From: Nitrospirota bacterium
GTDB lineage: Bacteria; Nitrospirota; Nitrospiria; 2-01-FULL-66-17
Direction of reading: 5' to 3'
Assembly: GCA_049325335.1 (NCBI GenBank)
Contig: JBMOMC010000001.1
Span: forward strand, 288,001-352,000
Length of the DNA: 64,000 nucleotides
Below, piece by piece: positions 30,537-41,863 of the stretch. The position numbers and the translations under genes were made by a program. The number at the start of each line of letters is the position of its first letter. The stretch's first letter is position 1. The notes beneath the pieces are model-generated. The model was not told where the DNA came from. It ran no database searches and saw nothing but the letters and a program-made list of their open reading frames with translations.

Positions 30537-31145
30537 CTATATCTCTTCCCCCAGCTTGTACCGAATGAACCGGCGCACGGAGATCCGCTCCCCGATTTTG
30601 GCGACTTTTTCCGTGATCAACGCGTCGATCGTGACGGTCGGGTCTTTGATGAACGGCTGATCCAGCAACGAGATCTCGGCGCTGAACTTGTCGATGCGGC
30701 CTTGGACGATCTGCGCGACGATCTTGTCGGGTTTGCCGGACTGTTTAGCTTCGTCGGTGAATCGCGCACGGGCTTCGGTCAGGGCGCTTTCCGGGATGTC
30801 CTTGCGACTGAGATACTGCGGCGTGGTCGGGGTCCCGGCGATGTGCATGGCCAAATCCTTGACCAATGTCTGGAATTCGGGATTGCGCGCCACGAAGTCG
30901 GTCTCGCAGTTGACCTCCACCAAGACGCCGATCTTGCCGCCCGCGTGGATGTAGGACCCGATCAATCCGTCTCCGACCTCGCGGCCGGCTTTCTTGGCGG
31001 CCACCGCCGCGCCTTGCTCGCGCAACCAGTCCGCGGCCTTTTCCAGATCGCCGCCGTGCCGTTCAAGCGCCTTCTTGCAATCCATCATGCCGGCGCCGGT
31101 GCGCTCGCGAAGTTGCTTCACGAGCTCGGGGGAAACCGTCGCCAT
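30537..31145 (-). CDS. tsf: Elongation factor Ts (short form)
   Basis: LRERTGAGMMDCKKAL and EVNCETDFVA. Confidence 0.97.
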   Translation of the reverse strand: MATVSPELVKQLRERTGAGMMDCKKALERHGGDLEKAADWLREQGAAVAAKKAGREVGDGLIGSYIHAGGKIGVLVEVNCETDFVARNPEFQTLVKDLAMHIAGTPTTPQYLSRKDIPESALTEARARFTDEAKQSGKPDKIVAQIVQGRIDKFSAEISLLDQPFIKDPTVTIDALITEKVAKIGERISVRRFIRYKLGEEI

Positions 31146-31147
31146 TG

Positions 31148-31918
31148 TTACCGGCCCTCCGCGGCGGCCAACTCCGCCATCGCGTGCCCGGCAGACACCG
31201 CGCTGGCCTTGGCCTGTTCCTCGATTCGCGCCGAGTGCAGCCGGCGGCCATCGATCACCGCGTCCGCGATGCGACCGGTGATCAGTCGGAGGCCACGAAT
31301 GGCGTCATCATTCCCGGGGATCACGTAGTCGATTTCGTCGGGATCACAATTGGTGTCCACGATCGCCACCACCGGAATGCCGAGGCGATTGGCCTCGTGC
31401 ACCGCGATATTTTCTTTCTTGCAGTCGATCAAAAAAATGATCCCCGGCAACGCGGTCATGGTTTTGATACCGCCCAGGATTCTTTCCAGTTGGGCCCGTT
31501 CCTTTTCCATGCCCGAGGCTTCCTTCTTGGTCCGCCGTTCCAAACTGCCGTCGGTCTTGGCCAGGTCGAGCTTTTTGAGCTTGTCCGCGCTCTTGCGCAA
31601 CGTCTGGAAGTTGGTGAGCATCCCGCCCAACCACCGCTGGTTCACGTAGTACATGCCGCAGCGTTTGGCCTCCGATTCCACGATCGCCTGCGCCTGACGT
31701 TTCGTCCCCACGAACAGGACGGTCGCGCCGTCGGCCACCGTGTTCTGCACGAATGCGAAGGCCTCGCCGAATTTCTTGACGGTTTTTTGCAGGTCGATGA
31801 TGTAGACGCCGTTGCGTTCCCCGAAGATGTACTTCTTCATCTTGGGGTTCCACCGCTTGGTTTGGTGGCCGAAATGCACGCCGGCCTCCAGCAGATCTTT
31901 GAGCGCAATGTCCGACAT
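31148..31918 (-). CDS. rpsB: 30S ribosomal protein S2
   Basis: [28 protein letters not shown] and [17 protein letters not shown]. Confidence 0.98.
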   Translation of the reverse strand: MSDIALKDLLEAGVHFGHQTKRWNPKMKKYIFGERNGVYIIDLQKTVKKFGEAFAFVQNTVADGATVLFVGTKRQAQAIVESEAKRCGMYYVNQRWLGGMLTNFQTLRKSADKLKKLDLAKTDGSLERRTKKEASGMEKERAQLERILGGIKTMTALPGIIFLIDCKKENIAVHEANRLGIPVVAIVDTNCDPDEIDYVIPGNDDAIRGLRLITGRIADAVIDGRRLHSARIEEQAKASAVSAGHAMAELAAAEGR

Positions 31919-31934
31919 ACCCGACTCCTCCTCG

Positions 31935-32015
31935 TGAAGTTGATCCGCCGCGCGCCTCACCGGACGCCGGACCCGGCCATGCGGGACTTCCGACGCCCTC
32001 CGCGCGCGTGTGAAA
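31935..32015 (-). ncRNA. Structured rpsB 5' leader (t44/S2-autoregulatory-like)
   Basis: Minus strand CACACGCGCGC...GGGCGUCGGA/UCCGGCGUCC...GCGCGCGG nested stems upstream of rpsB. Confidence 0.5.
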
Positions 32016-32099
32016 TAGGGGCGATCGCCGCCCCGATGAACGGCCTGTCTTACCATAGACGGGGGCCTTTTGCAAGGCGTATACTCGCGTCGAACGCTG

Positions 32100-32897
32100 A
32101 TGGAGAGCGCCCCCGACATACTGAACGGAGATGCCGTCGCGGTGCGCCCTCCGGAGGACGTCACGACCTGGAAGACGCGCGTCCGAATCGTGCTGGTGCG
32201 GCCGGAACACGCGGGCAACATCGGCGCCGCGGCGCGCGCGCTCAAGAACTTCGGGCTCTCTCGATTGGACCTGGTCGCGCCCGAGTGTGGACACCTCACG
32301 TCCGATTCGCTGAAGATGGCCTACGGCGCGCGCAATGTGATCGAAGGCGCCCGCATCCACGCGACTCTGCGCGAGGCGCTCGCGGACGCGCGATGGGCCG
32401 CGGCCTTCGGCATGGCGCGACCCGACCGGCCCGACGCCCGCTGGCTGGCCGACGCCGCCCCCGCGCTCGCCGAGCAGGCGCACGCTCACGACACCGCGTT
32501 GGTGTTCGGCCCCGAGCGCTCCGGTCTGTCCAACGACGAGCTCGCCCTGTGCCATCAACTTGTGGCCGTGCCCACCGACCCGGCGCAGCCCTCGCTCAAC
32601 CTCGCCCAGGCCGTGTTGCTGGGCTGTTACGAACTCACCCGCGCCGCGAGTCCGCCGCCCGCGTCACCACGAGCGTTGGCCACCGGGGAGGAAATCGACG
32701 GTCTCACCGATCACCTGGACACAACGTTGCACGCCATCGGCTTTCTCCAGCCGCCGCAGGGGCGTCGCCTGTTGCACGAACTGCGCGGATTCATCAGCCG
32801 CGCGCAACCCTCCCCGCGTGAAGTCCGCGTGCTCCGCGGCATCCTTCGTCAGATCGGCTGGGCCATGAAGGGTGGGCGCGGGATGGACCACTCGTGA
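32100..32897 (+). CDS. trmJ: TrmJ/LasT-family SPOUT RNA methyltransferase
   Basis: '[14 protein letters not shown]', '[15 protein letters not shown]' and 'SLNLAQAV'. Confidence 0.9.
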   Translation: MESAPDILNGDAVAVRPPEDVTTWKTRVRIVLVRPEHAGNIGAAARALKNFGLSRLDLVAPECGHLTSDSLKMAYGARNVIEGARIHATLREALADARWAAAFGMARPDRPDARWLADAAPALAEQAHAHDTALVFGPERSGLSNDELALCHQLVAVPTDPAQPSLNLAQAVLLGCYELTRAASPPPASPRALATGEEIDGLTDHLDTTLHAIGFLQPPQGRRLLHELRGFISRAQPSPREVRVLRGILRQIGWAMKGGRGMDHS

Positions 32898-32915
32898 GGG
32901 AATTACCTCGCACGC

Positions 32916-33668
32916 TCACTCCGGCCTGACCGCGAGCCCATACCGAGCCTGAATCTCCGCGATGCGCGTTCGACAACGCGTCACGAGTTCTGGATCCCGC
33001 TTCGCTTCGTAGACCGCCACCAGCCCCCGCAGCGCCTCAGCCTCGCCCGTGGGGTCGCCCAGGCTGATGAAGTGGCTGGAAGAGAAATTAAAGCACGTCT
33101 CGGCCTGATCGAGCGTCCCGATCTGGAGGAACGCCCGTCCGAGTTGCCCCCAGGTTCCGGCCAACCCTTCTTCAAATCCCGAGCGTTTGTGAAAGTCGAT
33201 CGCGGTCTTGAGCGCAATAATCGCGTCCTCGAGCTTTCCGGCGTCCAGTTCCAGCAATCCCACGTTGCTGTGCAGGACGCCGAGCGACCGAGCATCGGCC
33301 AACGGCGTCAGCAGGTCCAGCGCCTCCAAGTAGTAGGCCCGCGCCCGCTCGCGCGCTCCGGACTCGCGCGCGAGATTGCCCAGGTTCACCAACGCCTGCC
33401 CCGCCACCCGCGCGTCCGGCGCTTCGCGTTGCAGCGCGAGCACCTCCTGAAAACACGCCCGCGCCGCGTCCCGATTTCCCAGCGCGGCCTGGACGCTGCC
33501 GACGTTCAACAAGACCGGCATCACCCGCTCCGGCTGCCCCCGCCGCCGTTCCTCGGCCAACGCCTCCTCAAAACACCGCCGCGCCGCCTCCAGTTGCCCG
33601 CGATGCCAGAAAATCTCGCCGCGACGAAACGCGGGAGAATGGTTGTCAACCGGGTCATCGTCCGCCAT
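32916..33668 (-). CDS. TPR-repeat protein
   Basis: Serial TPR-like repeats ('ALVNLGNL', 'HSNVGLL'). Confidence 0.8.
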   Translation of the reverse strand: MADDDPVDNHSPAFRRGEIFWHRGQLEAARRCFEEALAEERRRGQPERVMPVLLNVGSVQAALGNRDAARACFQEVLALQREAPDARVAGQALVNLGNLARESGARERARAYYLEALDLLTPLADARSLGVLHSNVGLLELDAGKLEDAIIALKTAIDFHKRSGFEEGLAGTWGQLGRAFLQIGTLDQAETCFNFSSSHFISLGDPTGEAEALRGLVAVYEAKRDPELVTRCRTRIAEIQARYGLAVRPE

Positions 33669-33727
33669 ACCCAGCCTGTAACACCCACGTGGAATGCCTG
33701 TCAGACCTGGAAGTGAACATGGCGTAT

Positions 33728-35404
33728 TCACCCCAGCTCGCCGAGCGTGAAATACATGGTGGCGCCTTTCCCCACCGCGCCCTCGGCCCAGACGCGCCCG
33801 CCGTGGCGCCGAACGATGCGCTGCACGATCGCGAGCCCGATCCCGGTGCCCGGGAATTCGGCAACGGGGTGCAGGCGCTGGAACGCTGTAAAGAGTCGTT
33901 CGGCATATGCGTTGTCGAACCCGGCGCCGTTGTCGCGCACCCAGTACACCGCCTCGGGGTCACGGCGCACCCCGAGTTCGATGCGGGGATGCTCGGTCCG
34001 CCCGGTAAATTTCCACGCATTGCCCAGCAAATTCTCCAGCACGATCCGCAGCAACCCTAAGTCCCCTCGCGCCGTCACGTCCGTTTCGATGACCACCTCG
34101 ACCGCCCGGCCCGGATCACTTGCGCGCAGCGCCGAGGCCACCCCCTGCGCAAGGGCGCTCAGGTCCACCGGATCCCGGCGCAGGGTCGCCCGGCTGACGC
34201 GGGCCAGCGCCAGCAGATCGTCAATGAGCACGCCCATCCGCTGGGCCGCCGCTCGGACGCGCCGCAAATGATCCTGTGCCGTCGCATCGAGCCGTTCGCA
34301 GTGCTCGTCGAGCAGCAGTTTGCTGAACCCGTCGATCACCCGCAGCGGGGCGCGCAAATCATGCGACACGGAGGAGCTGAAACTCTCCAATTCCTGGTTG
34401 GCCGTTTCGAGCTGGGCGGTCCGCTCCGCGACCCGTTGCTCCAGGTGTTGGTTCAGCCGCTGGATCTCCTCCTCCGCCCGCTTGCGGTCGGCAATCTCCC
34501 GCTCCAGTTCGGCCGTTCGCGTCTTCACTTTTTCTTCGAGCAATGCGTTGGCCGCCTTCAACTCCGCCTGGAGTCGCACGTTCTGGTGATCGAGGTGAAA
34601 CCGCGCCACCGCATGTTCAACCGCGGAGGGAAGCTGCATCAGATAATTCTCGCGCTTGACGATATAGTCGTACGCTCCCAGACGGAGCGCGGCCACCGCG
34701 GCGTTTTCATCGCCCTGTCCGGTCACCACGATGCAGGGCACTGCACGTTCCCACCGGCGCAGCTCGGATAAGAAATCCAGCGCATTGACGCCGGGCATGC
34801 GCAGATCGATGACGACCACATCGTACGGCGTCCCGCCTCGGATGAGCTCAAGCGCTTCCTCGCTGCTGCGCGAGACGTTCAGCACACAGCGGGGCGCGTG
34901 GTCCGAAAGATACCGCGTCGTCAAATCGACGTCCGTCTCAATATGCTCGACCAACAGCATCCGGATCGCGGCGGGCCGCCGCATGGTTGCCCGCTTCTGA
35001 TGCTCCTGATAGACCGACTTGAGAAGGACCGGGAGGCCGGGAAGATAGTCGCCGCGCTTTGGAACGTACTGCGCTGCGCCCAGCCGAAGCGCCTGAACCA
35101 CGAGGTCCTCGTCGCCCCGGCCGGTCACCATCACGATGGGCTGATCGATGCCGAGTCGTATCGCCGCCGTTAACACATCCAGCCCATCCATGTCGTGCAA
35201 ATGATGATCGAGCAGGAGCAGGTCGAATTCGCCGCCGCGAATCCGGCGCAGACACTCCTCGCCGGTGGCCACGACCTGAAGGACGACGTCCGGCGCTTCG
35301 CGAGCGAAGGCGGCCTTGGTCAGGTCCGCGTCCACGGGATTATCTTCGGCGTAGAGCACGCGCATCGGATTCGCTGCCCCGCCGGCACTGGCCTGCGGCG
35401 TCAT
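33728..35404 (-). CDS. REC-REC-histidine kinase
   Basis: Two receiver domains, SHDLRAPL H-box, NAWKF, DNGAGF and GTGIGLAIV. Confidence 0.92.
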   Translation of the reverse strand: MTPQASAGGAANPMRVLYAEDNPVDADLTKAAFAREAPDVVLQVVATGEECLRRIRGGEFDLLLLDHHLHDMDGLDVLTAAIRLGIDQPIVMVTGRGDEDLVVQALRLGAAQYVPKRGDYLPGLPVLLKSVYQEHQKRATMRRPAAIRMLLVEHIETDVDLTTRYLSDHAPRCVLNVSRSSEEALELIRGGTPYDVVVIDLRMPGVNALDFLSELRRWERAVPCIVVTGQGDENAAVAALRLGAYDYIVKRENYLMQLPSAVEHAVARFHLDHQNVRLQAELKAANALLEEKVKTRTAELEREIADRKRAEEEIQRLNQHLEQRVAERTAQLETANQELESFSSSVSHDLRAPLRVIDGFSKLLLDEHCERLDATAQDHLRRVRAAAQRMGVLIDDLLALARVSRATLRRDPVDLSALAQGVASALRASDPGRAVEVVIETDVTARGDLGLLRIVLENLLGNAWKFTGRTEHPRIELGVRRDPEAVYWVRDNGAGFDNAYAERLFTAFQRLHPVAEFPGTGIGLAIVQRIVRRHGGRVWAEGAVGKGATMYFTLGELG

Positions 35405-35898
35405 TGCATGGCGTCCCGTTCCTCCCCTAACCTATTGCTGGAATTCGGCGCCTCATTGGTCAGCACCCAATACAGTTTGAGCATCTTGGTCAGCTCGGAG
35501 AATTGGGGGAAATCCACCGGCTTGACGATGTAGGAATTCACCCCCAAGTCGTACGCGCGGTTGATGTCGGTGTTTTCGCGGGAGGTCGTCAACACGATGA
35601 ACGGGATCCGCTTCCAGATCGGATGCTCACGGGCCTGCCGCAGCACCTCGATCCCGTCCACCTTGGGAAGCCGCAGATCCAGCAGCACGATCAGCGGCAG
35701 ATCGGGATCATCCGGCGCGTGGTGCCGTTCGATGAATTCCAGCGCCTCCTCGCCGTCGCGGCAGATCAGGATCGGATTGGTAATCCCCTGCTCCTTCATC
35801 GCCTTCACGGTGAGGTCCAGGTCCATCGGGTTGTCGTCGACCAACAAAATGGGTTGCAGGCGCCCCATGTGCTCGGTCGTTCCGGATTGCCGCTCCAT
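35401..35898 (-). CDS. Single-domain response regulator (Rcp1-like)
   Basis: [21 protein letters not shown] and [12 protein letters not shown]. Confidence 0.92.
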   Translation of the reverse strand: MERQSGTTEHMGRLQPILLVDDNPMDLDLTVKAMKEQGITNPILICRDGEEALEFIERHHAPDDPDLPLIVLLDLRLPKVDGIEVLRQAREHPIWKRIPFIVLTTSRENTDINRAYDLGVNSYIVKPVDFPQFSELTKMLKLYWVLTNEAPNSSNRLGEERDAMQ

Positions 35899-35926
35899 CC
35901 ATACCCTCCTGAGGCGCCGGTGACGA

Positions 35927-38893
35927 TTACCCGTTTGGGTTCACCGAACTCTTCTTTGGCCATTCCGCGAAAAACGTGGCGCCCTGGCCTTTCGCCGACT
36001 CGGCCCACACCCGGCCGCCCATCTTGTCGATCACCTTCTTGACGATCGCCAGGCCCGCGCCGGTCCCCTCGAACTCGTCCTGACGCACCAACCGATTGAA
36101 CAGGCCGAAGATCCGGTCGTGATACTTCATGTCGAACCCGATCCCATTGTCCGTGACCGTGATCCGGTACCAGTCCGGCGATTCCTTCCCCTGTATCTCG
36201 ACGCGAGGCGAGGCGGCCTTGCGGCTGTACTTGAGGGCGTTGTCAATGAGGTTGGCCAAAACCTGTCGCATGCCCTGCTCCCAGCCTCGGACCCGGGTCA
36301 GAGGCATCGCGACCGACAGGTCGGTCTGTTGCTCGGCGATGATCGGTTCACGGTCCTTGAGAATCGCCGAGACCATTTCATTCAGATCGAGGTCCGTGAT
36401 CGTGGGCGTCTCCCGGTCCAACTGGGAATAATGCAGGAGATCTTCGATCAGGTGGCTCAGATTGTTCGAAGCCGTCACGATCTGGTCCAGGCAAAACATC
36501 GCGCGATCGGCCAGCCCGGTGTTGTGTTCCCGAATCAACTCCTGGGCATAGCCGGTGATCCCGCGCAGCGGGGCCTTGAGATCGTGCGAAACCGTGTAGG
36601 AAAAGGCCTTGAGCTCGTCGTTGCGGGCCCGTAACAGGGACTCCAACGCTTTCCGTTCGGTGATATCTCGAGCAACGGCGTAAATGGTCTCGGTCTCAAC
36701 GTGGGTCGTCGCGGCCCAGAGAAACCAACGGTAGGTCCCGTCTTTCCGGCGGTACCGATTTTCGAACGCGACCGTGACACCCCCTTGGGCCAACTTCGCC
36801 GCCTCGGCGGCGGTCGCCGGCCGATCCTCGGGATGGACGAAGTCCAGGAACGGCCGGGACAACAGTTCGTCGGTGGAATATCCCAAGACGTGTTCCCAGG
36901 CGGGGTTCAGCTTCTTGAAGGTGCCGTCAAACCCGGCCAGACAGATAATATCTAACGCGAGGGTGAAAAAACGATCCACTTGCGCGTGGGCGGCGGCCGC
37001 CTCGGCGGTCCGCTCCAGGACGCGTCGTTCCAATTCGTCGTGCGACCGCTTAAGCGCCGCCTCGGTCCGACGCTGCTCGATGGCGATGCCCGCCAGCCGC
37101 GCCGCCCGCTCGATGAGAAACAGCTCCCATGCGCCGGGCGCCTTGGGCTCGCGGTAATAGATCGCGAAACTGCCCAACACATGACGACCGGCCGAAAGAA
37201 TCGGCTCCGACCAACAGGCCCGCAAATCGTGCTGGAGCGCCACGTCCTTATAGTCCGCCCAGAGGGGATCGGTGGCGATGTCCGTCACGATCACCCGCTC
37301 GCCCCGATACGCGGCCGTCCCGCAGGAGCCAACCGACGGCCCGATCGCCACGCCGTCGATCGCCCGATTGTAGGCCTCCGGCAGATGCGGCGCCGCCCCC
37401 TGGAGAAGGTGCTGCCCGTCTTCATCCAACAGCAGGACGGAACAGACCATGGCCGTGTTCTGCTCCTCGATGCCGAGCGCCAGCGTGCGGAGAATCTCCG
37501 GGAGCGCCCCGCCGGTGACGATCAGCTCCTGAACCTGGTGCTGCGTGGCCTGGAACCGTTCCATCCGCTTGCGTTCGGTGATATCGCGGATGGAACTCAT
37601 CACCAGGAGGCCTTCCGCGGTCGGCAACGGGGCGAGACTGATCTCGACCGGAAACTCGCTCCCATCGTTTCGCCGCCCGGAGAGCGTCCTCCCGTTTCCC
37701 ATCGGGCGGGTCGTCGGATCGGCCGCAAACTGTGACCGGTGGCCGATATGGTCCTCCCGAACGCGCTCCGGCAGCAGCATCTCGACCGACCGGCCGATCA
37801 TCTCCTCCCGCCGGTACCCGAACAACGCTTCGGTCTGCCCGTTGACCACCAGAATTTTCCCACCGGCATCGGCCACCACGATGCCGTCCGGCGCGTGCTC
37901 GATCACGCCGCGAACACGTGCCTCGCTCTCGAGCAACGCCGCGTTGGCGCCGGCCAACTGGCTGGTCCGTTCCCGCACCAGTTCCTCCAACCGTTCCTGC
38001 GCGGTGGTGAGCGCCTCATCAGCCCGCGTGCGTTCGGTGATATCCCGAAAGATGCTCTGGGTGACGCAGACGCCGTCGGGCCCCACCCGGCCATTGGCGT
38101 TGCCCTGAACCCGGATCGTTCGACCGGCCTTGGTGACGAAGGTGGCCTCAACGTTCGCCACCGCCTGGCCCGAAAGGACGCGCTGAAAAGCCTCCATGCA
38201 GTGCGCGCGGCTCTCCGGATGGATCACGTCGAAGAGACTGAGCGCGCCGACCTCCTCCTCGCGATAGCCCAATGCCTCGCGCCAGGCCCGATTCACAAAG
38301 GTAAACCGGCCGTCGGGCGTCACGCTCTGGATCAAGTCATGGGCATCCTCAAGGAATCGTTTCAGATCCTCTTCGCGCCGCCCCAGCCGAGCGTTGGTGC
38401 GATTGAGGCTGATCTGAGCCATCTCGTCGCCGGCGATCCGACTCAAGTCGAGCAACGTCCGCCGTTCCGCCTCGCTGAGCGTGCGGGGCCGGCGATCGAT
38501 GAGACAGAGCGTGCCGAGGCGATGGTCGTTCGCATCGAGCAGGGGCTGGCCGGCGTAGAAGCGGATGTAGGGCTCGCCCGTCACCAGCGGGTTGTCGGCA
38601 AAGCGGGCATCCTGTGCGGCGTCCGGCACGATGAAGACGTCGTCGCTGAGGACGGCATGGCCGCAAAAGGAGATCGACCGCGGCGTCTCCTTCGCGGAGA
38701 GTCCCACGCAGGATTTGAACCACTGGCGGTCCGAGTCCACCAGGCTCACCAGCGCGATTGGCACATCGAAGATCCGCGCCGCAAGCCGGGTGATCCGGTC
38801 GAACCGCTCCTCCGGCGGCGTGTCCAGAACCGACAGGCTCTGCAAGGCCCGCAGCCGCTGGTCTTCGTTGAGGGGGCGGGGCGGCGCGATCAT
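35927..38893 (-). CDS. Cytoplasmic GAF-PAS-PAS-GAF-PAS sensor histidine kinase
   Basis: N-terminal GAF ('LDTPPEERFDRITRLA', 'SFCGHA'), PAS domains ending DITER, SHDLKAPL and DNGIGF; start ATG 38893. Confidence 0.92.
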   Translation of the reverse strand: MIAPPRPLNEDQRLRALQSLSVLDTPPEERFDRITRLAARIFDVPIALVSLVDSDRQWFKSCVGLSAKETPRSISFCGHAVLSDDVFIVPDAAQDARFADNPLVTGEPYIRFYAGQPLLDANDHRLGTLCLIDRRPRTLSEAERRTLLDLSRIAGDEMAQISLNRTNARLGRREEDLKRFLEDAHDLIQSVTPDGRFTFVNRAWREALGYREEEVGALSLFDVIHPESRAHCMEAFQRVLSGQAVANVEATFVTKAGRTIRVQGNANGRVGPDGVCVTQSIFRDITERTRADEALTTAQERLEELVRERTSQLAGANAALLESEARVRGVIEHAPDGIVVADAGGKILVVNGQTEALFGYRREEMIGRSVEMLLPERVREDHIGHRSQFAADPTTRPMGNGRTLSGRRNDGSEFPVEISLAPLPTAEGLLVMSSIRDITERKRMERFQATQHQVQELIVTGGALPEILRTLALGIEEQNTAMVCSVLLLDEDGQHLLQGAAPHLPEAYNRAIDGVAIGPSVGSCGTAAYRGERVIVTDIATDPLWADYKDVALQHDLRACWSEPILSAGRHVLGSFAIYYREPKAPGAWELFLIERAARLAGIAIEQRRTEAALKRSHDELERRVLERTAEAAAAHAQVDRFFTLALDIICLAGFDGTFKKLNPAWEHVLGYSTDELLSRPFLDFVHPEDRPATAAEAAKLAQGGVTVAFENRYRRKDGTYRWFLWAATTHVETETIYAVARDITERKALESLLRARNDELKAFSYTVSHDLKAPLRGITGYAQELIREHNTGLADRAMFCLDQIVTASNNLSHLIEDLLHYSQLDRETPTITDLDLNEMVSAILKDREPIIAEQQTDLSVAMPLTRVRGWEQGMRQVLANLIDNALKYSRKAASPRVEIQGKESPDWYRITVTDNGIGFDMKYHDRIFGLFNRLVRQDEFEGTGAGLAIVKKVIDKMGGRVWAESAKGQGATFFAEWPKKSSVNPNG

Positions 38894-39202
38894 CACATGC
38901 TCATGACGGAGAGGGACTGTCTCGCTCCAAAGACTGGAGGCGCGATGAGGGAGCCTCGTTCGGTGGAACCGACCGACAACCCATTCGTCCCCCCTCCCGA
39001 CCGGGAGATGGTGACGGAACCAGCAGACCTTCTTTGGAGAGGCGAAGACTATAACACAACGTCTCGTCCAGCGGCTACGGACTCGGACGTTCCCGCACCG
39101 GGGGGGGCGTGTCCTGGAACGGGTCCGCCTGTTATACCGGGACTGTCCGCCAGGGCCGCCTCGCCTTGCGCCTCGGCGCGCCGGTTTGGTATGATGCGCG
39201 GC

Positions 39203-40630
39203 GTGATTGACACTCCGTCTGTTCCCGAGGCCGAGTCGGCCCCGGGTGAGTCCGGCGAACCGGCCGTTCCCCGCCTCACGACCTCGACCACGTTTCATTC
39301 GCTGCCGATCGCGCCCGAGGTCCTGCAAGGGCTCGACCAACTGGGGTACACCCACTGCACCCCGATCCAGGAGCGTACGCTGCCGATCACGCTTTCGGGT
39401 AAAGACGTGGCGGGACAAGCGCAGACCGGCACCGGCAAAACCGCCGCGTTCCTGGTGAGCGTGTTTACCCGGCTCTTGCGCACGCCGCCCTCACCCAAGG
39501 GCCCGCGGTCCAGTCCGCGGGCATTGGTGATCGCTCCCACGCGCGAACTCGCCGTGCAAATCGAGCAGGAAGCCCGTGTGGTCGGCGCCTTCACCGGCCT
39601 GTCCATGATGGCGGTGTTCGGCGGGGTGGACTACACCAAGCAGCGCGACGACCTCGCCGCGGGCGTGGATCTCTTGGTCGGGACGCCGGGCCGGCTCATC
39701 GACTATTTCAAACAAAAGGTGTACGACCTGCGGCGCACCGAAATCATCGTCATCGACGAGGCCGATCGCATGTTCGACATGGGATTCATCGCGGACATTC
39801 GTTATCTGCTCCGGCGCATGCCGCCGTATGACAAGCGCCAGTCCATGTTGTTCTCTGCCACCCTGTCCATGCGGGTGATGGAACTCTGTTACGAGCACAT
39901 GAACAACCCCGAAAAAGTGTCCATCACGCCACGGCGGCTCACCGCGGATAAAATTCAGGAAGCCTTGTACCACGTGGAACGCTCCCGCAAGTTCTCCTTA
40001 TTGGCCGGATTGCTCAATCGCGAACCCTGGGAACGCGTCCTTATTTTCGTGAACACCAAACACGTTGGCGAGCGCCTCGCGGACCAGATCAATCACCACG
40101 GGTACACGGCGCGGGCGATCACCGGCGACATCCCTCAACCCAAGCGCCTCAAATATCTTGAGCGATTCAAGAAGGGGGAGATCAAGGTCCTCGTGGCCAC
40201 CGACGTGGCCTCGCGCGGGTTACACATCGAGGGCGTCTCGATCGTGGTCAATTACGACATTCCCCAGGACCCGGAAGACTACGTCCACCGTATCGGGCGC
40301 ACCGCGCGCGCCGGCGCCGCGGGCAAGGCCATCTCCCTGGCATGCGAAGAGTACGTCATGGCGCTGGAGGCCATCGAGGAGTATATCGGGCACAAGATTC
40401 CGGTGGAGTGGGCGGAAGACGAGTGGTTCGCCAAGGTCACCGCCGTGCCGCGCCGTCCCCGCCGTCCGGAGGGCGAGGGCCTGCGCCGCGCAAGCCACGG
40501 CCCCGCTGCCCGCCAAGGCGGACGGCCAGCCGCGGCTTCCGGGGCCGGTTCAACGTCGGCTTCATCCGGTCGCCCGCGCCGCCGACGTCGTGGTTCCAAG
40601 TCCGGCACGCCGCCGCCCGCGGCGTCTTGA
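39203..40630 (+). CDS. rhlB: DEAD-box RNA helicase (RhlB-like)
   Basis: TPIQ, AQTGTGKT, PTRELA, DEADRMFDMGF, SAT and HRIGRTAR; basic C-terminal tail. Confidence 0.9.
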   Translation: MIDTPSVPEAESAPGESGEPAVPRLTTSTTFHSLPIAPEVLQGLDQLGYTHCTPIQERTLPITLSGKDVAGQAQTGTGKTAAFLVSVFTRLLRTPPSPKGPRSSPRALVIAPTRELAVQIEQEARVVGAFTGLSMMAVFGGVDYTKQRDDLAAGVDLLVGTPGRLIDYFKQKVYDLRRTEIIVIDEADRMFDMGFIADIRYLLRRMPPYDKRQSMLFSATLSMRVMELCYEHMNNPEKVSITPRRLTADKIQEALYHVERSRKFSLLAGLLNREPWERVLIFVNTKHVGERLADQINHHGYTARAITGDIPQPKRLKYLERFKKGEIKVLVATDVASRGLHIEGVSIVVNYDIPQDPEDYVHRIGRTARAGAAGKAISLACEEYVMALEAIEEYIGHKIPVEWAEDEWFAKVTAVPRRPRRPEGEGLRRASHGPAARQGGRPAAASGAGSTSASSGRPRRRRRGSKSGTPPPAAS

Positions 40631-40680
40631 CCCCCCCCTCCCTCGTTGTTTAAGATGCAACCCTGTCGCGGAGTGCTCCG

Positions 40681-40941
40681 ATGGCCGTGGTGAAATTTGA
40701 AGACGCGCTGGGACGCCTGGAAACCATTGTCCAGACCCTTGAGCGCGGGGACCTCTCCCTCGACGAATCCCTCAAGGCGTTCGAAGAAGGGGTCAAACTT
40801 TCCAAGAACTGCTTGAAACTCCTCGACGACGCCGAGCGGCGCGTGGAGATGTTGGTAGGCGAGCGGGGACGCAAGAAGACGCAGCCCTTTCCCACGGACG
40901 ATGCCGACGCAGAGACCGCCGATGCCGGTGACCAGCGCTAA
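40681..40941 (+). CDS. xseB: Exodeoxyribonuclease VII small subunit
   Basis: 'FEDALGRLETIVQTLERGDLSLDESLKAFEEG'. Confidence 0.95.
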   Translation: MAVVKFEDALGRLETIVQTLERGDLSLDESLKAFEEGVKLSKNCLKLLDDAERRVEMLVGERGRKKTQPFPTDDADAETADAGDQR

Positions 40942-41863
40942 CGCGCCGATCGCAACGTATCTGGACGACCAACGTGCGGTGGTGGATCACGCGTTGCGCA
41001 ACGCCTTACCCGGCTCCGAGACGCCCTCCATCCTTCGCGAGGCAGTGGCCTATAGCGTCCTGGCCGGCGGCAAGCGGATTCGCCCGATCCTGGCGCTCGC
41101 CGCGTGCGAGGCGGTCGGAGCGGACAGTCATCGCATCGTGCCGTTGGTCGTGTCCCTGGAATTCGTGCACACGTATTCGTTGATCCACGACGACCTTCCG
41201 GCCATGGACGACGATGATTTGCGTCGGGGGTGCCCCACGAACCACCGCGTGTTCGGGGAAGACATGGCGATCCTAGCCGGAGACGCGTTACAGGCCCTGG
41301 CCTTTGCCGCGCTCACGGACAGCCGGCACGGCGGCGACCTCCCGGCCGCGGTGCGGCTAGCGGCCGTCGCGGAATTGGCCGCGGCCGCGGGAGCGGCGGG
41401 ATTGGTGGGCGGACAAGCTTTGGACCTGCGCGCCGCGGCGCCGCCCTCCGTGGCGCCTGGCGATCAGGCGGCCCGCGCGGCCGCGCTCGCAACCTTGGAC
41501 GACATTCACGCGCGCAAGACCGGCGCGCTGATCCGCGCCGCGGTGCGCATGGGCGCGATCCTGGGTCGCGCGACCGAGGCCCAGCTTCCGGCGCTCACGC
41601 GCTACGGCGAGGCCGTCGGCCTGCTGTTTCAGATCGCGGACGACGTGCTGGACGTGGAAGCCACGGCCGAAGAAATGGGCAAAGCCACGGGAAAGGATCG
41701 AGACCGACGCAAGTGGGCGTATCCCGCAGTGGTCGGCGTAGCCGCGTCCCGCGAGATCGCGGACACGTGCCTGCACGACGCGCTGGACGCCCTGTCCGGT
41801 TTTCCCGAGGCCGCAGACCCGCTGCGGGGCATCGCGCGCTACATCTTGGATCGCCGGTCATGA
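40922..41863 (+). CDS. ispA: Geranyl/farnesyl diphosphate synthase
   Basis: [31 protein letters not shown] and GKATGKD. Confidence 0.93.
   Translation: MPVTSANAPIATYLDDQRAVVDHALRNALPGSETPSILREAVAYSVLAGGKRIRPILALAACEAVGADSHRIVPLVVSLEFVHTYSLIHDDLPAMDDDDLRRGCPTNHRVFGEDMAILAGDALQALAFAALTDSRHGGDLPAAVRLAAVAELAAAAGAAGLVGGQALDLRAAAPPSVAPGDQAARAAALATLDDIHARKTGALIRAAVRMGAILGRATEAQLPALTRYGEAVGLLFQIADDVLDVEATAEEMGKATGKDRDRRKWAYPAVVGVAASREIADTCLHDALDALSGFPEAADPLRGIARYILDRRS

Noticed and set aside
38899..38925. SAM-I riboswitch-like fragment (CTCAT...GAGAGGGACTG)
   Set aside because: Lacks the GGCCC, GCAACC and GGTGC elements, and no methionine or sulfur gene lies downstream on that strand
37739..39202. 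Long N-terminal extension of the DEAD-box ORF (963 aa in the track)
   Set aside because: Antisense to the sensor kinase; helicase homology and the promoter pattern point to GTG 39203
38894..39418. N-terminal extension of the 1163-aa kinase ORF
   Set aside because: Overlaps rhlB and the intergenic region; GAF homology begins at ATG 38893
41230..41859. Extended dxs start (and similar extensions of rnr, GH57, rpsB, frr and the sigma-54 activator)
   Set aside because: Alternative-frame read-through of neighbouring genes; RBS or stop-start overlaps mark the shorter starts
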